Both the position numbers and the translations under genes were made by a program. From NCBI RefSeq assembly GCF_964355755.1, contig NC_092675.1, positions 27,872,912 through 27,936,911 on the forward strand: a DNA stretch of 64,000 nucleotides, read 5' to 3'. Below are positions 41,587 through 52,600 of the stretch, piece after piece. The notes beneath the pieces are model-generated. The model was not told the DNA's origin. It worked only from the letters and a program-made list of their open reading frames with translations, and searched no databases. Numbering within the stretch: the first letter of the stretch is position 1; the number at the start of each line of letters is the position of its first letter. The stretch is from Antedon mediterranea (Eukaryota > Animalia > Echinodermata).

Positions 41587-42513
41587 CGCCCGTATTCTTA
41601 AACCGGACTTTAGTCGTAGTTCGAAGTTCGACTTGAAAAAGTCGTAGTTCGAGCTATTACTTCAAATTCGATTAAAAAATGAAGTAGTCGAAGTTTGCAG
41701 TTCGACTTAATGAAGTCGAGCTTTTAGTCGAGTTGCACACGTCTGGGTAACAAAGGCTATACATTGGCCAATGACAAGAGAGTATTTGAGGAGCAGACGA
41801 AATTTTGCGCATTGATATCACTTTCCATTTCTTACAACACTTTTTACGCATCAGGACTATATACATGAAAAATAATTTTAATCGTTAATTATTAGAACAA
41901 TATCAGTATTAATTTAACAGTGAAGTATATTTGATTAACAACAAAAAAAATCTTCAAAATATATTTAGGAACCATGGCGGTACGGTAACTTTTATATTTT
42001 CTAGGCCCCCAACAAAGTATGATCGCGACGAACCACGCACTTCAAAGCGTGACAAGAAAGCGCTAGGCCCCCTAAACATTCCATCGCGTGGTGAATTGCC
42101 GCATCTCCCATTGTCGCTATGGCGTGACGTAGCTCAAGTCGGACTTGCGCGAAGAAAATAATGTAATTTGTATACAGTTGTAAATAAAGATGATTTTCAT
42201 TATTATAACTTATACCAATGTATATTTAATTAAGCTAATATAAATATAGATATTTCATTCTTCAATATCTGGCCAATATAACAACTCAATAACTGTTACG
42301 TTTTTTATAAACATCGTTTAAAAACCATTTAGTCGACCATTTAGCCTGCTCCCTCCAGGACTAAAAAAATCGATCAAAATCCGTCTCGATTTAGTCGAGG
42401 TTGGCCTGATTTAGTCGGTGATTTAGTTGAAGTTCGGTTTATGAATTAAAATGACGTCATTTTTTTAGTTTTAGCTCAAACTACGACTAAAGTCCGGTTT
42501 AAGAATACGGGCG
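41587..42513 (-). mobile_element. PIF/Harbinger-like element, copy 2, inverted relative to copy 1
   Basis: Same TIRs with 3-bp TSD AAA. The ORF track gives the same peptide on opposite strands (41089+ and 41866-). Confidence 0.9.
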
Positions 42514-42986
42514 AAAGACTTTGACAAAGGCTAACGGACAGAAGTAACCAGTTTGGTTCTTTATTATGTTCAATACCTATTGATTATTTTGAGGTACGTC
42601 TCTACGAAGCGCCATTTATGCCTTTATTTACTTTCGAAATAGAAATAGTACTACGGTAACTGGTCCAGTGGGTCAAATTTGGCACCAGGGGAGCAGAGTG
42701 GTATATAGAAATAAATTCACAAAATTGTAATGATAACAATATCCTTTGTGTTCCCTTTAACAGAGTAAATATTCATTATTTTCCATAAAAAAAAAAAAAA
42801 TATCCGTAGAGGAAACTATCCGTAGAGGTTCGCGAAACCCAGGCTGACAGCACCCAAATCTGAGAATTACCCATTAAGCCACAAAGTAGTAGATGACTGA
42901 ACAGCTGATAATAGTCTATTTATACGTGTATTACGTAATTCATCATTACATCATAAATATCTTATTAACCTTGTTAAAACCAAAAT

Positions 42987-43062
42987 GACCAGTTATCTCA
43001 GGCGACTGAGCGTCGTGTTGACAACAACACGCATGTCGTGGGTTCGATTCCCACGCTGGTCG
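42987..43062 (+). pseudogene. Degenerate copy of the tRNA-like head
   Basis: Same sequence as 44871-44943 except G10>T in the D stem/A-box and a 3-nt AAC duplication in the anticodon arm. Confidence 0.65.
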
Positions 43063-43909
43063 GTGGAATAGAGTTAAAGGCATGCGGCCACTGTGTTTGG
43101 GGTTCACAGATTATACGTCCCCCTTTCCACCACACATCATGAGGCGACAACATCAATGCATCTGGTGATGTGCTGGAAACGACCCCAAAAGGCTGTGGCA
43201 GGGCCTTAGTGCTGAGGCAGGGAGAGCACATTTGACATCTTTTTTTTTATTTCATTTTTTTTTCAATCTGTATTCGATCTCGTAAATTTTATGTTTGTCG
43301 CCCTCAATTGTAAAATAAATTGAATTTATTTTCATCGCAGGTGTACGAAACGGTTTGGTATGCTGTGCGTTGTTATGCAATGGTTGTGCAGGTGTAGTGG
43401 GAAATTCGCGGTCAACAAGCCACACTTAATTTTGATTTTGTTAATCAATGTCCGATTCATGCAATATATTGTATGTTATGAATAAACGTTTATGGTAGTT
43501 GGTGTGTATGGCCGCACCATCATAGAATAAATAATTTTTAAACAGATAGTTTGTCTCCGATGGTTTTTGTATTGGGTTAATGGAGAGTGAAATAAGATAA
43601 AATATAGAACATTTGCAAAGATGCCGATTTCTTGACCAATTTCGAAGCTTAGACTAATTTCGCCAGGCTTTAAGCATATACGTACGAAGTCAAATTTTAA
43701 AGTAGAAAACCCCACCTACAATTTTAAAGTCGCATCTGGATAGTTTAAATTTTAACATTATCATAATTATCATAAGTGATTATATATATTAATAATTATA
43801 AGTGCAATTCTGGGCTCTATTTTCATTATTAGCTCTGCCGCCCCAACGGTGGGCAAGTACGAGAGTTTTCATATTTTCGGGGACAAGTCTTATATAGTTT
43901 GTTTCATAT

Positions 43910-44056
43910 AATAATAACAATATCCTAGTTTTATATAGCGCCTAATGTTGTGAAACCTCTAAGCGCTGAACATTATTACCCCAGTCATTTTTTCCTGATC
44001 AAACACCTATGGAAACATACTACCATAATGCAGCTAGTAATCAGCGCAAAGTTGTG
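43910..44056 (-). mobile_element. 3' end of an L2/CR1-type SINE or LINE inserted in unit 1
   Basis: Reverse complement ends CAGCGCTTAGAGG...TAGGCGCTATATAAA...TATTGTTATTAT; absent from unit 2 (about 45955). Confidence 0.6.
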
Positions 44057-44649
44057 TCATGTAAAGTGCAATTTTTTTTTTCGGGCGGGAACCGATGCAC
44101 CTCTATTTTTCAAAATTGTCTTTGCTCAGTCCCAAGCATGGTGGGGTACTGAAGATTCTTATACATGTTGTTTGAAAAAATGAGAGATGTCATTTCCGGG
44201 GACCTTGCAGCTAGCTCTATTTTATACAGTTTGGTAGCCGTGCGTTGTTATGCAAATGAGTTTGTGCAGGTGTATTATGGGGAAGATGGTATGTTAGTCA
44301 TTCGCGGTCAACACGCCACACTGTTAAATTTTGATGCTGTTAATCTTTACATTAGAAGATTGTTCAAATCATGTAAATAAAACATTTTCCGGGCGGGAAC
44401 CTGCAGCTCCTCTCTTTTAGTTTGCAAAAGTAATCGAAAGGAACTTCTCCATGTTGAAAAGAAGCCCACCCAAGAGTACTAAAAATGAAGGAGTACACGA
44501 GGTTTTATGGCAGTCTATTCAATGGAGAATATTATGCCATGCAACTTTGTTTTGATTTTTAAAAAGGTCCATGTTTAGGACTGACATGTACAACCCTCAA
44601 AATATCTCTCTTTCAAAATAAAAGAAAAACAATATTCATTATTTTCCAT

Positions 44650-44735
44650 AAAAAAAATATCCGTAGAGATTCGAACCCAATCTACAAGAACGGAGAGCAC
44701 CCAAACCTGAGAATTACCCGTTAAGCCACAAAGTA
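44650..44735 (-). ncRNA. Putative 85-nt divergent Pol III unit (degenerate copy about 42787-42888)
   Basis: On the minus strand: TATAAATAG at about -30 (44771-44763), A-box TGGCTTAACGG (44728-44718), B-box GGTTCGAATC (44677-44668), T8 terminator (44657-44650). Confidence 0.45.
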
Positions 44736-44827
44736 GTACATGCCTGAACAGCTGATAATAGTCTATTTATACGTGTATTACGTAATTCATCATTACATCA
44801 TAAATATCCTATTAACCTTGTTAAAAC

Positions 44828-44857
44828 CATAGAGATATTATAGTGAACCTCTCTATG
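44828..44857. mobile_element. 30-bp micro-insertion with TIR and TSD
   Basis: TTAAAAC|CATAGAGA-TATTATAGTGAACC-TCTCTATG|TTAAAAC; the empty site is seen in the sister unit at 42974-42986. Confidence 0.85.
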
Positions 44858-44870
44858 TTAAAACCAAAAT

Positions 44871-44943
44871 GACCAGTTAGCTCAGGCGACTGAGCGTCGT
44901 GTTGACAACACGCATGTCGTGGGTTCGATTCCCACGCTGGTCG
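44871..44943 (+). tRNA. tRNA-like cloverleaf, anticodon GAC (Val-reading), head of a longer Pol III unit; tRNA function unproven
   Basis: Acceptor GACCAGT/GCTGGTC, D stem GCTC/GAGC, anticodon arm TCGTG-TTGACAA-CACGC, T arm GTGGG-TTCGATT-CCCAC; 73 nt. The D-loop lacks the canonical G18G19. Confidence 0.6.
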
Positions 44944-45130
44944 GTGGAATAGAGTTAAAGGCATGCGGCCACTGTGTTTGGGGTTCACAGATCATACGTC
45001 CCCCTTTCCACCACACATCATGAGGCGACAACATCAATGCATCTGGTGATGTGCTGGAAACGACCCCAAAAGGCTGTGGCAGGGCCTTAGTGCTGAGGCA
45101 GAGAGAGCACATTTGACAACTTTTTTTTTT
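44871..45130 (+). ncRNA. Putative 250-nt Pol III transcript: tRNA head + structured body + oligo-T (second copy 42987-43248)
   Basis: Internal A/B boxes, no T4 run until the T10 at 45121, and several perfect helices in the body. Confidence 0.5.
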
Positions 45131-46086
45131 ATTTCATTTTTTTTTCAACCTGTATTCGATCTCGTACATTTTATGTTTGCCGCCCTCAATTTCAAAAGAA
45201 ATTGAATTTATTATTTTCATTTCAGGTGTACGAAACGGTTTGGTATGTCGTACGTTGCTATGCAATGGCTGTGCAGGTGTAGTGGGAAAGACGGTAGTGT
45301 TTGTCATTCGCGATCAACACACCACACTGTTAAATTTTGATTTTTTTAATCAATGTTGCTACATTGGTAGCGAATTATAACAATATGCAAGATATTGTAT
45401 TGTAATATAATAATTATGAATACACGTTTATGTTAGTCGGTGTGTATGTCCCAGAAAATAAGATAAGATAAGATAAGATAAAATAAATCTTTATTGTCAT
45501 ATCTTTTATATAATAATAAATAAACACGTTTTATACAGATAGTTTGTCTCCGATGGTTTTTGTATGGGGTTAATGGAGGATAAATAAGATAAAATATAGA
45601 ACATTTCTGCAAAGATGCCGAGTTATAGACCAATTTCGAAGCTTAGACTAATATCCGCCGCCGGGCTAGATCTTAGGCATATACGAAGTCGAGTTTTAAA
45701 GTAGAAAACCCCACCTAAAATTTTGAAGTCGCATCTGGATAGTTGGAATTTTAACATTATCATAATTATCATAGGTGATTATGTATAGTAAAAGTGCAAT
45801 TCTGGGCTATTTTCATTATTATTACCTCTCCCCCAACGGTGGGCTAGTAGCCTACTGGAGACTTTATTTAATTTCATATTTCAATAAATAAGTGCACTTT
45901 CCGAGGACAAGTTCTATTGTCCTGGTGAGTCTTATAATATATAGTTTGTTTCATATAATTTTAAATCATGTAAAGTGCCATTTTTTCGGGTGGGAACCTA
46001 TGCAGCTCTATTTTTCAAAATTGTCTTTGCTCAGCCCCAAGCATGGTGGGGTACTGCAGATTCTTATACATGTTGTTTGAAAAAAA

Positions 46087-46423
46087 CAATCACGAATGTG
46101 CGATACTCGGTGTACAGCAAATGAAGCTGTAATGACGTTATAAGACGGGATGTGACGTCACATACACATCAATAACCTCGCTACCAAAATACGGCTATAT
46201 GGTACCATCTTCGAGAACATCATATGGCTGCATCCGGCTTGAAATTTAAAAATCTATAGCTTTGAGGACATGTTCCTGTAGTATATTCATGCCAAATCCC
46301 AGCTCAATACTACAACGAATAAGGGAGGAGTAGTACTTTATCGCACTTTTTACTCAATAGTGTCCAGATGGAGGAGGAGGAGAAAATGAGTCCTAGACCC
46401 GGATGCGACGGATACCCCGAGTA
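46087..46423 (-). mobile_element. Helentron/DINE-like short element inserted in an A-run
   Basis: Absent from sister unit 1 (about 44175). Sub-terminal inverted repeat ACTCGGTGTA / TACCCCGAGT, a short terminal hairpin and A-runs on both sides. Confidence 0.6.
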
Positions 46424-46653
46424 AAAAATATATGTAATTTCCGGGGACCTTGCAGCTCTATTTTAAACAGTTTGGTATGTTAATAAATTGGGTCCACAGT
46501 TACCGTAATACTATTTCTATTATTGAAGTTAATAAAGGCATAAATGGCACTCCGTAGAGAAGTAGAGAATGCTCCAGTTGTCAGAATGACGCTCTGAATA
46601 TGCCTCAAAATGTTACCAAAAATGTAGCTGGCGAGAGAGGGCGACAAAAAGAT

Positions 46654-46676
46654 ACGGAAGTCAACAAAATGGCGAC
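46654..46676 (+). promoter_or_regulatory. ETS-like CGGAAGT and YY1-like AAAATGGCG overlapping the DOCK7 start codon
   Basis: ACGGAAGTCAACAAAATGGCGACC; these motifs are typical of housekeeping and bidirectional promoters. Confidence 0.5.
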
Positions 46677-49600
46677 CTCAGGTCGTCGAGCCTTCGCCCA
46701 GAAACTTAACAAGTAAGCGTTCTTATTTAACTTTACCTTTAATATGACATTGTATAATATAACGGAAATGTGTAGTTTCAAATTATATCTAATTTGGTAG
46801 GCGCTGTTTTACCTAGGCCGATAATAGCTAGCCTTTAGAGGCTAGGCCTAGCCTAGTAGGCCTAACCCTAACTTGACTTCGTCGACGTACGTGCACGGCG
46901 GGGATTAGGCTAAGTTGAGCCGCCGACAAGTTGAGCCGCCGCCAGAAAAACGTTATTTTCTATGAAACGCCAAATGCTTACTTTCGCCGGTGCTCGTTTC
47001 TATTTAATAGAAGTTCTATTTATATTAATTATTAGATATAACGATGTATATTTCAAAGTTTATAGATCACGGTTTTTAGTATATATTATTGGTTATCCGC
47101 ACTTGGCGGATAACCCCTTGTTATTGTCAGGATCTTTTTTTTTTTCTTTTTTTTCTTTTTTCTTCTTTCTTTCCCAGAATTTTGTTGCACGTGTATCTCA
47201 AAATCTTCTTAACATAACATTGTATAACTTTATCAGAAGATTGACCTCTATCTGAAGATGTCGTAATAAGGTTTTCGGTCCAGTCTGAGTTGCGCAGCGT
47301 AAGTTACGCGCAATTTTATGAATTTCAATGATTGATCGTAGATTAAAAACCAAAAGTAATTTTGTATTGAAACTTGGTGAAAATTTAAGTCATATTAAGC
47401 GCAAACTTTCTATGGATTAAAAATGGCATGTTGCGGAGAAAGTTACGCGCGCACGCGCGTTTAAAATTTCAAAATACGAAAAATCAACTTCTAATCAATT
47501 TTCTACGCGTTTCATGTCATTTTGAGCATTTCAAAAATTACCACACGTGCGCAATTTTTTTACGCGCGCGTGCGCACGTAGTGCAAAAACATCATTTTTT
47601 GGCTTGATTTTTGTTTTTCCTGTCTTTTTTTAGTAGATTTACCAACTTTCAAACAATTTTGACTTAAAATCACGTCATACGAGCACGTAGAATTGAAAAA
47701 TTTGCGCGCGTTTTTGATGAAAAAGTTCAAAAATTCGTGAAAATTATGCCTTTTTTTAAAATGTCATAGATTCTAAACTACGTGGTGAACTTTTTTAAAA
47801 TTACAGATTCTGGAAGTAGATGAGTTGTAGATATCGAATCATGCATCAATATAGCTAACCGGACATTGTGACGTCATCGTATGGCCACTCAAATATAAAA
47901 TATAGGATTTTTTTCACTTTCGTCTTAGCTCATCACATTTAATAGAGCGCATCTCCACTTATCCGTATTCCATTGCCCTTCATTTCTTTATATTGTCTAG
48001 GTCAATCAATTATCTTTCGCATGATTCACCATTTAAAAAATTTTTATGACGTCGTCATGTGCAAAAGCGTCATTAACTTTGGTCACTTATTTTCACCTAT
48101 TCTGAACTGTATGTATGTACGTATACAATATATAGTGTATACTGTGTATACTTAGACGTGACGTAAAATAGAGAGCGCACTAACATTTTTTCAATGGCGT
48201 AATGGTTTTCTCTGCGCAATATTCTAACGTATGACGTGCACGTGGCGTTTGCTCTGCGGATAACCTAACTCGTCCGTAGTGACGAGTTCAAATCTAGTTA
48301 AATATTATAATTAAAGAGAAATAATTATGAATATCTGACTTGTAGATTCCAAAATATAAGGCCTAAAACATGACCGAAAATGATCGTTTTTAGCCAAAAA
48401 TTACGTAAACATGTTGCCCCCTTAGGCGGCAGTTGTATGAACTAGGCCTACTCCATTTTTCGGTAAAATAATTGCATAAAATCACCGTTTTTTAGTAAAA
48501 TATTTTGTGTATTAACATTGTAAAATTCAATAAAATATGATATTATTATTAAAAGATAGTAGATAAAAAACAATAATTATTTAACCTCATTCGAAGAGTA
48601 TCAATACTCTATTAGTCCTGAGAGACAACGTGATTTTACGCGAGAAAAATATTATGGAGTGCACTGCATTTTTACCTTGAAAGATTAAAAACAATTAAAT
48701 TATTAAATATGACTACTTTCCTTTGCTGTGTTGTTATGGCGGTTCAAACCGACAAAATTGTAGTATGTAATTATTATTTATTTTCATGACACAATAAACC
48801 TAAAGACCATGAACTTATGTACTAGGACACCCCTCTATCACTACGCGAAATGTCGTAAAAGACGCACTGGGCGTTTCATAGAAATTACCGGCGGCTCAAC
48901 TTGTCGGCGGCCCAACCGGTCATATCCCCACGGCGGGACGGTCACTCACCATCACCGCCAGGTTCGAGAGATTAGGGTGCGAAAGCACAGACGACTACAG
49001 CAGTAATAGGGTCAAGAATTGTATGTTCAATCAGTTAAGAAAGAAAGTAGAAATATGACAGAACTACAATATTGTCCTAAAAAAGGCCTGCGTGTGGCTA
49101 TTAATTATTTAATATTAATTAATTTATTCATATGAAATTAGGCTAGGCCTATAATTGCTTGAAAATTGTTGTTTTGTTTGTTTTTTCATGGAGTTACTCC
49201 ATGGTTTTTTTCTCATTAATATAGAAACTTACAAGCTGCAGACATTCGCCGTCAGATTTCGGGCCAAACTACCCCCAGCAGTATTTCTAGAGCATCAAGT
49301 ATATCCAATGTATCTGTCATCCACCCTCAGATGGTACGTACTGTAGTAAATTTAAATTTTTTACAGTATAGGCCCTAGCCTAGAGGCCTAGGCCTAGTCA
49401 GTATACTAATTAAATTAAGGGATTTTTTTACAAATTTTGCTAATTTAAAATTGAAAGAAATACTAATTAATTCAATTAAGTCAATTAAAATGGCTAGATA
49501 CAAAATATTTACAAACTTAGGTTTTTTGATGATTATACTAACTTATAAATATTCTTTCTTTTATAGGCCTCATTGTCGGAGATTGTCGACCCTCCTGATT

Positions 49601-52600
49601 TTGAGGCCTACTTGGAGAAGCACCACTACCGAATCCAGAGTGATGACTGCCCTCACCTCTTAAAATTCCCGGATGATGACATAGAAGTGACCACGTCTGA
49701 ACGCACATGTCGAACAGTTAAACCTGCCCTGCCTGATGAAGAGTAAGTAAATTTATTGGTTATGTTCAGACAAGGATGTTTTTGATATTAGAAAATGGAT
49801 ATTCTATAACACATTTTCTTTTCTTTTCAATGAATGTCTACATCCTTGTATCAACTAATGTACATAAAAAGCCACAATTGAAAATGTGATAATCACAAAC
49901 TATTATTTTATGTCTTTGTAATTTAGAGATTTTATTGTCTAATGTTTTTTTTTGTCCAGACAATTGGTGACTGATTTGCAAGTAAGAGATTGTATTAAAC
50001 TATACACATCAGAGTGGGCATTGGTCAGCCGGAAATACAAAGATAAGGTCACAGGTCATGAGAAGAAAAAACTGAAGAAAATACAGGATGAACTGATAGA
50101 AAAGAATGATAATATGTTTGAAGTGGATGAACTTGAACTTATTGATGAAGATGAATTGGTATGTATAAAAATAACTTATTAACAATTATCTAAAAGACTT
50201 GATGTCCAAACATACCTTTGATGGTCCTGGGTGGAATAACTGTGACTCTTATAAAACTTCCATCATTGTTATTACCATAGGAAAGGGCTGTATGACTGTG
50301 ACTGAAATGATTGTATGTGACCAAGTATAGTTTCAGGGGCCAAGGATAGGAAATGTAATGTAATCCGGTTCGGTGCAAAACTGTAGTAACGCTAAAAATC
50401 AAAGATTAGAATTTAACTACTTTGTAATTGCCTTTATTGATATTTTCTTATACAGCAAGAACTAGAAATAAGAAGGGGCTCAATTCACATGGAACGGACA
50501 CCGCGAGGTAGCTGGGCATCTAATATATTCAACTTGGAATCAACAGAAGCTGATGACCTGCTACCGAAACTACTTGACCATGCTCCGATAGACCAACAGG
50601 ATAGCACCAACACAGATAATAGGAATAAAGATAGGAAGTTGGACTTGTTTACGCTGTACCCAGCAATGGACGAGGTAGGTTGGGTTAGATAGATTCAAAT
50701 TTAGTGGAATATTTAGCCAGAAGTGTTTGTGATAGACACCTAGAAGTTAAATTACATTATTTCGAAAAATGTTTTATGATTATGTTTACTGCCCTAGCAG
50801 GTTTTATTTGGTTTTCAAATATCTAATCTAAAATTTAAAGATGTATTGTCACACCCCCCCCCCCCCCCCCAAAAAAAAATTTTAAAAAGGAAGATTAATT
50901 AAATCAAACTTTGAATAGGTTATTTTTTAGTTAGTCACTTTCATGGAAAAAAAAAGAAGAAAAATAACATAACATAGTAAATGGTTAAATTCAACCAAAG
51001 ATCCATTGGCTGGCAGCCAACTTGACATTTTTTTCGTTTTTAATTACAGTTTTTTCAGGTAAATAAATTTTGTTTATATCCAATTTTTGGTCGAAGTGGA
51101 TAGCAATTATATGACATCAAAATGGCATATTCAACAACAAACATTTTAAAAATTTATTTTTCAGGGGGACAATAAATACCTCTTTAATATAAATTGTTTT
51201 TTGTTCTTTTTAGGAGGATGCAATAGAAAGAAGGTCGTCAGTTGTAGTACCAGCTGAACACTTTGGCTCAAGATTATTGATAAAATGCTTACAGTTAAAG
51301 TAAATATTATATTATTTTATGTTTAATTTGACTACCAAAGTTAATTTACAGTGAGTTAGCCATCTTGCCTAAAGCTTTGTCTACACAATCAAACATTATG
51401 TGAAAAAAATTTGATGTGCCCATATATGGACATGATGATGTCATATCACTACCATTTTTGGACATATCACTACCATATTTTAAATAATCTTATAGACTTG
51501 AGTTGGAAATAGAGCCGTTGTTTGCTACCATGGCACTTTATGATTCAAAGGAGAAAAAGAAGGTAAGTTAAACAGCAGCCTCTGCTTCCATTTATACAAC
51601 TAGAATTTGTACTGGTGTTAGATATCAAAGTTCCAAATCTTCTTTAAAGCCAGTAGATTTTATAGTAATAATTGATTCTTGAGTGAAACCTAATGCTTGA
51701 AGTTGTGATTAATTTTAAATGCATTGACACCTTATTCAGCAGTTTGTAAAGAAATAATGAGTTGGATTCATTCTAATGACAATCTAAAGCAATCTTAAAT
51801 CTGAATCTTAAACTTAATAGTTTCTTGATTTCATTCTACATTTTATGGCACTTCATTCATGTATACACTTTTATTTATTCTTCATTCAGTCATTCCTTTG
51901 TCCATTCATTTCACTTATTTATTCATCTATTCATTGCTTTAGTCTATGCTATTAAGTTGATGAAGATGTCCCATACAACCAACATAGACTAAACTGGATT
52001 TCTATGATGTCTTGTTCCAAAGTTTAATCAACGCTTGCCTATTTATGCTTTCGAAGTGGAGTTGTGGCTTTGTGGTTTAATGATGTTTGGCTACCAATCC
52101 AAGGGTTTCTGGGTTCAAGTCTTATCAGATATCAGGATTTTTTCTAATGACAAATTACAACTTCACTCCTAAAGACTTGTAATAAAGACTTTGTTTATGT
52201 AGAGAATCTTTTTTATATGTTTGTCTTATGAACAGGATTGCCACTTTTAAGATAGTTTTAGGATAGTGAATAAATTCAAATTCATTTCTTTTTTTTCCAG
52301 GTATCAGAAAACTTTTATTTTGATATGAACTCTGATGCAATCAAAGGAATGATTAACAAAAGTTCTTATCCCGACGTTTCCACGATGGCACGTGGGGCCG
52401 TCTTCTCATTAACCTACCCATCTACTGATGTATACATTGTAATTAAATTAGAAAAAGTTTTACAGCAAGGAGACATACAAGAATGTGCAGATCCTTATAT
52501 GAAAGAGTCAGAGAGTCAAAATCAAAAGGTAAGAGTTTTTTATGAGACAAATCATGAAATTAAATATCAAGAGTGATATTGATATTTTTCAGAGTTTTGG

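Larger units (their letters stand above)
42597..46562. mobile_element. 3966-bp TA-flanked TIR element with an internal direct duplication and Pol III cargo; no transposase ORF
   Basis: TA|CGTCTCTACGAAGCGCCATTTATGCCTTTATT...AATAAAGGCATAAATGGCACTCCGTAGAGAAG|TA, with imperfect TIRs of about 80 bp. Internal units about 42768-44260 and 44631-46480 are direct repeats. Confidence 0.8.

Noticed and set aside
41089-41866. Identical short ORFs as a transposase or peptide gene
   Set aside because: They are simply the two inverted element copies; short, with no DDE or Myb motif.
44943-45070. HDV-like/theta ribozyme after the tRNA
   Set aside because: The helix order is superficially similar, but there is no P3/L3 or GG-CC P1.1 signature. 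Kept only as an unknown structured RNA.
42998-45112. Duplicated minus-strand ORFs (MCSPCLSTK... / MCSLCLSTK...)
   Set aside because: They are antisense to the GC-rich tRNA-headed unit and have no recognisable domain.
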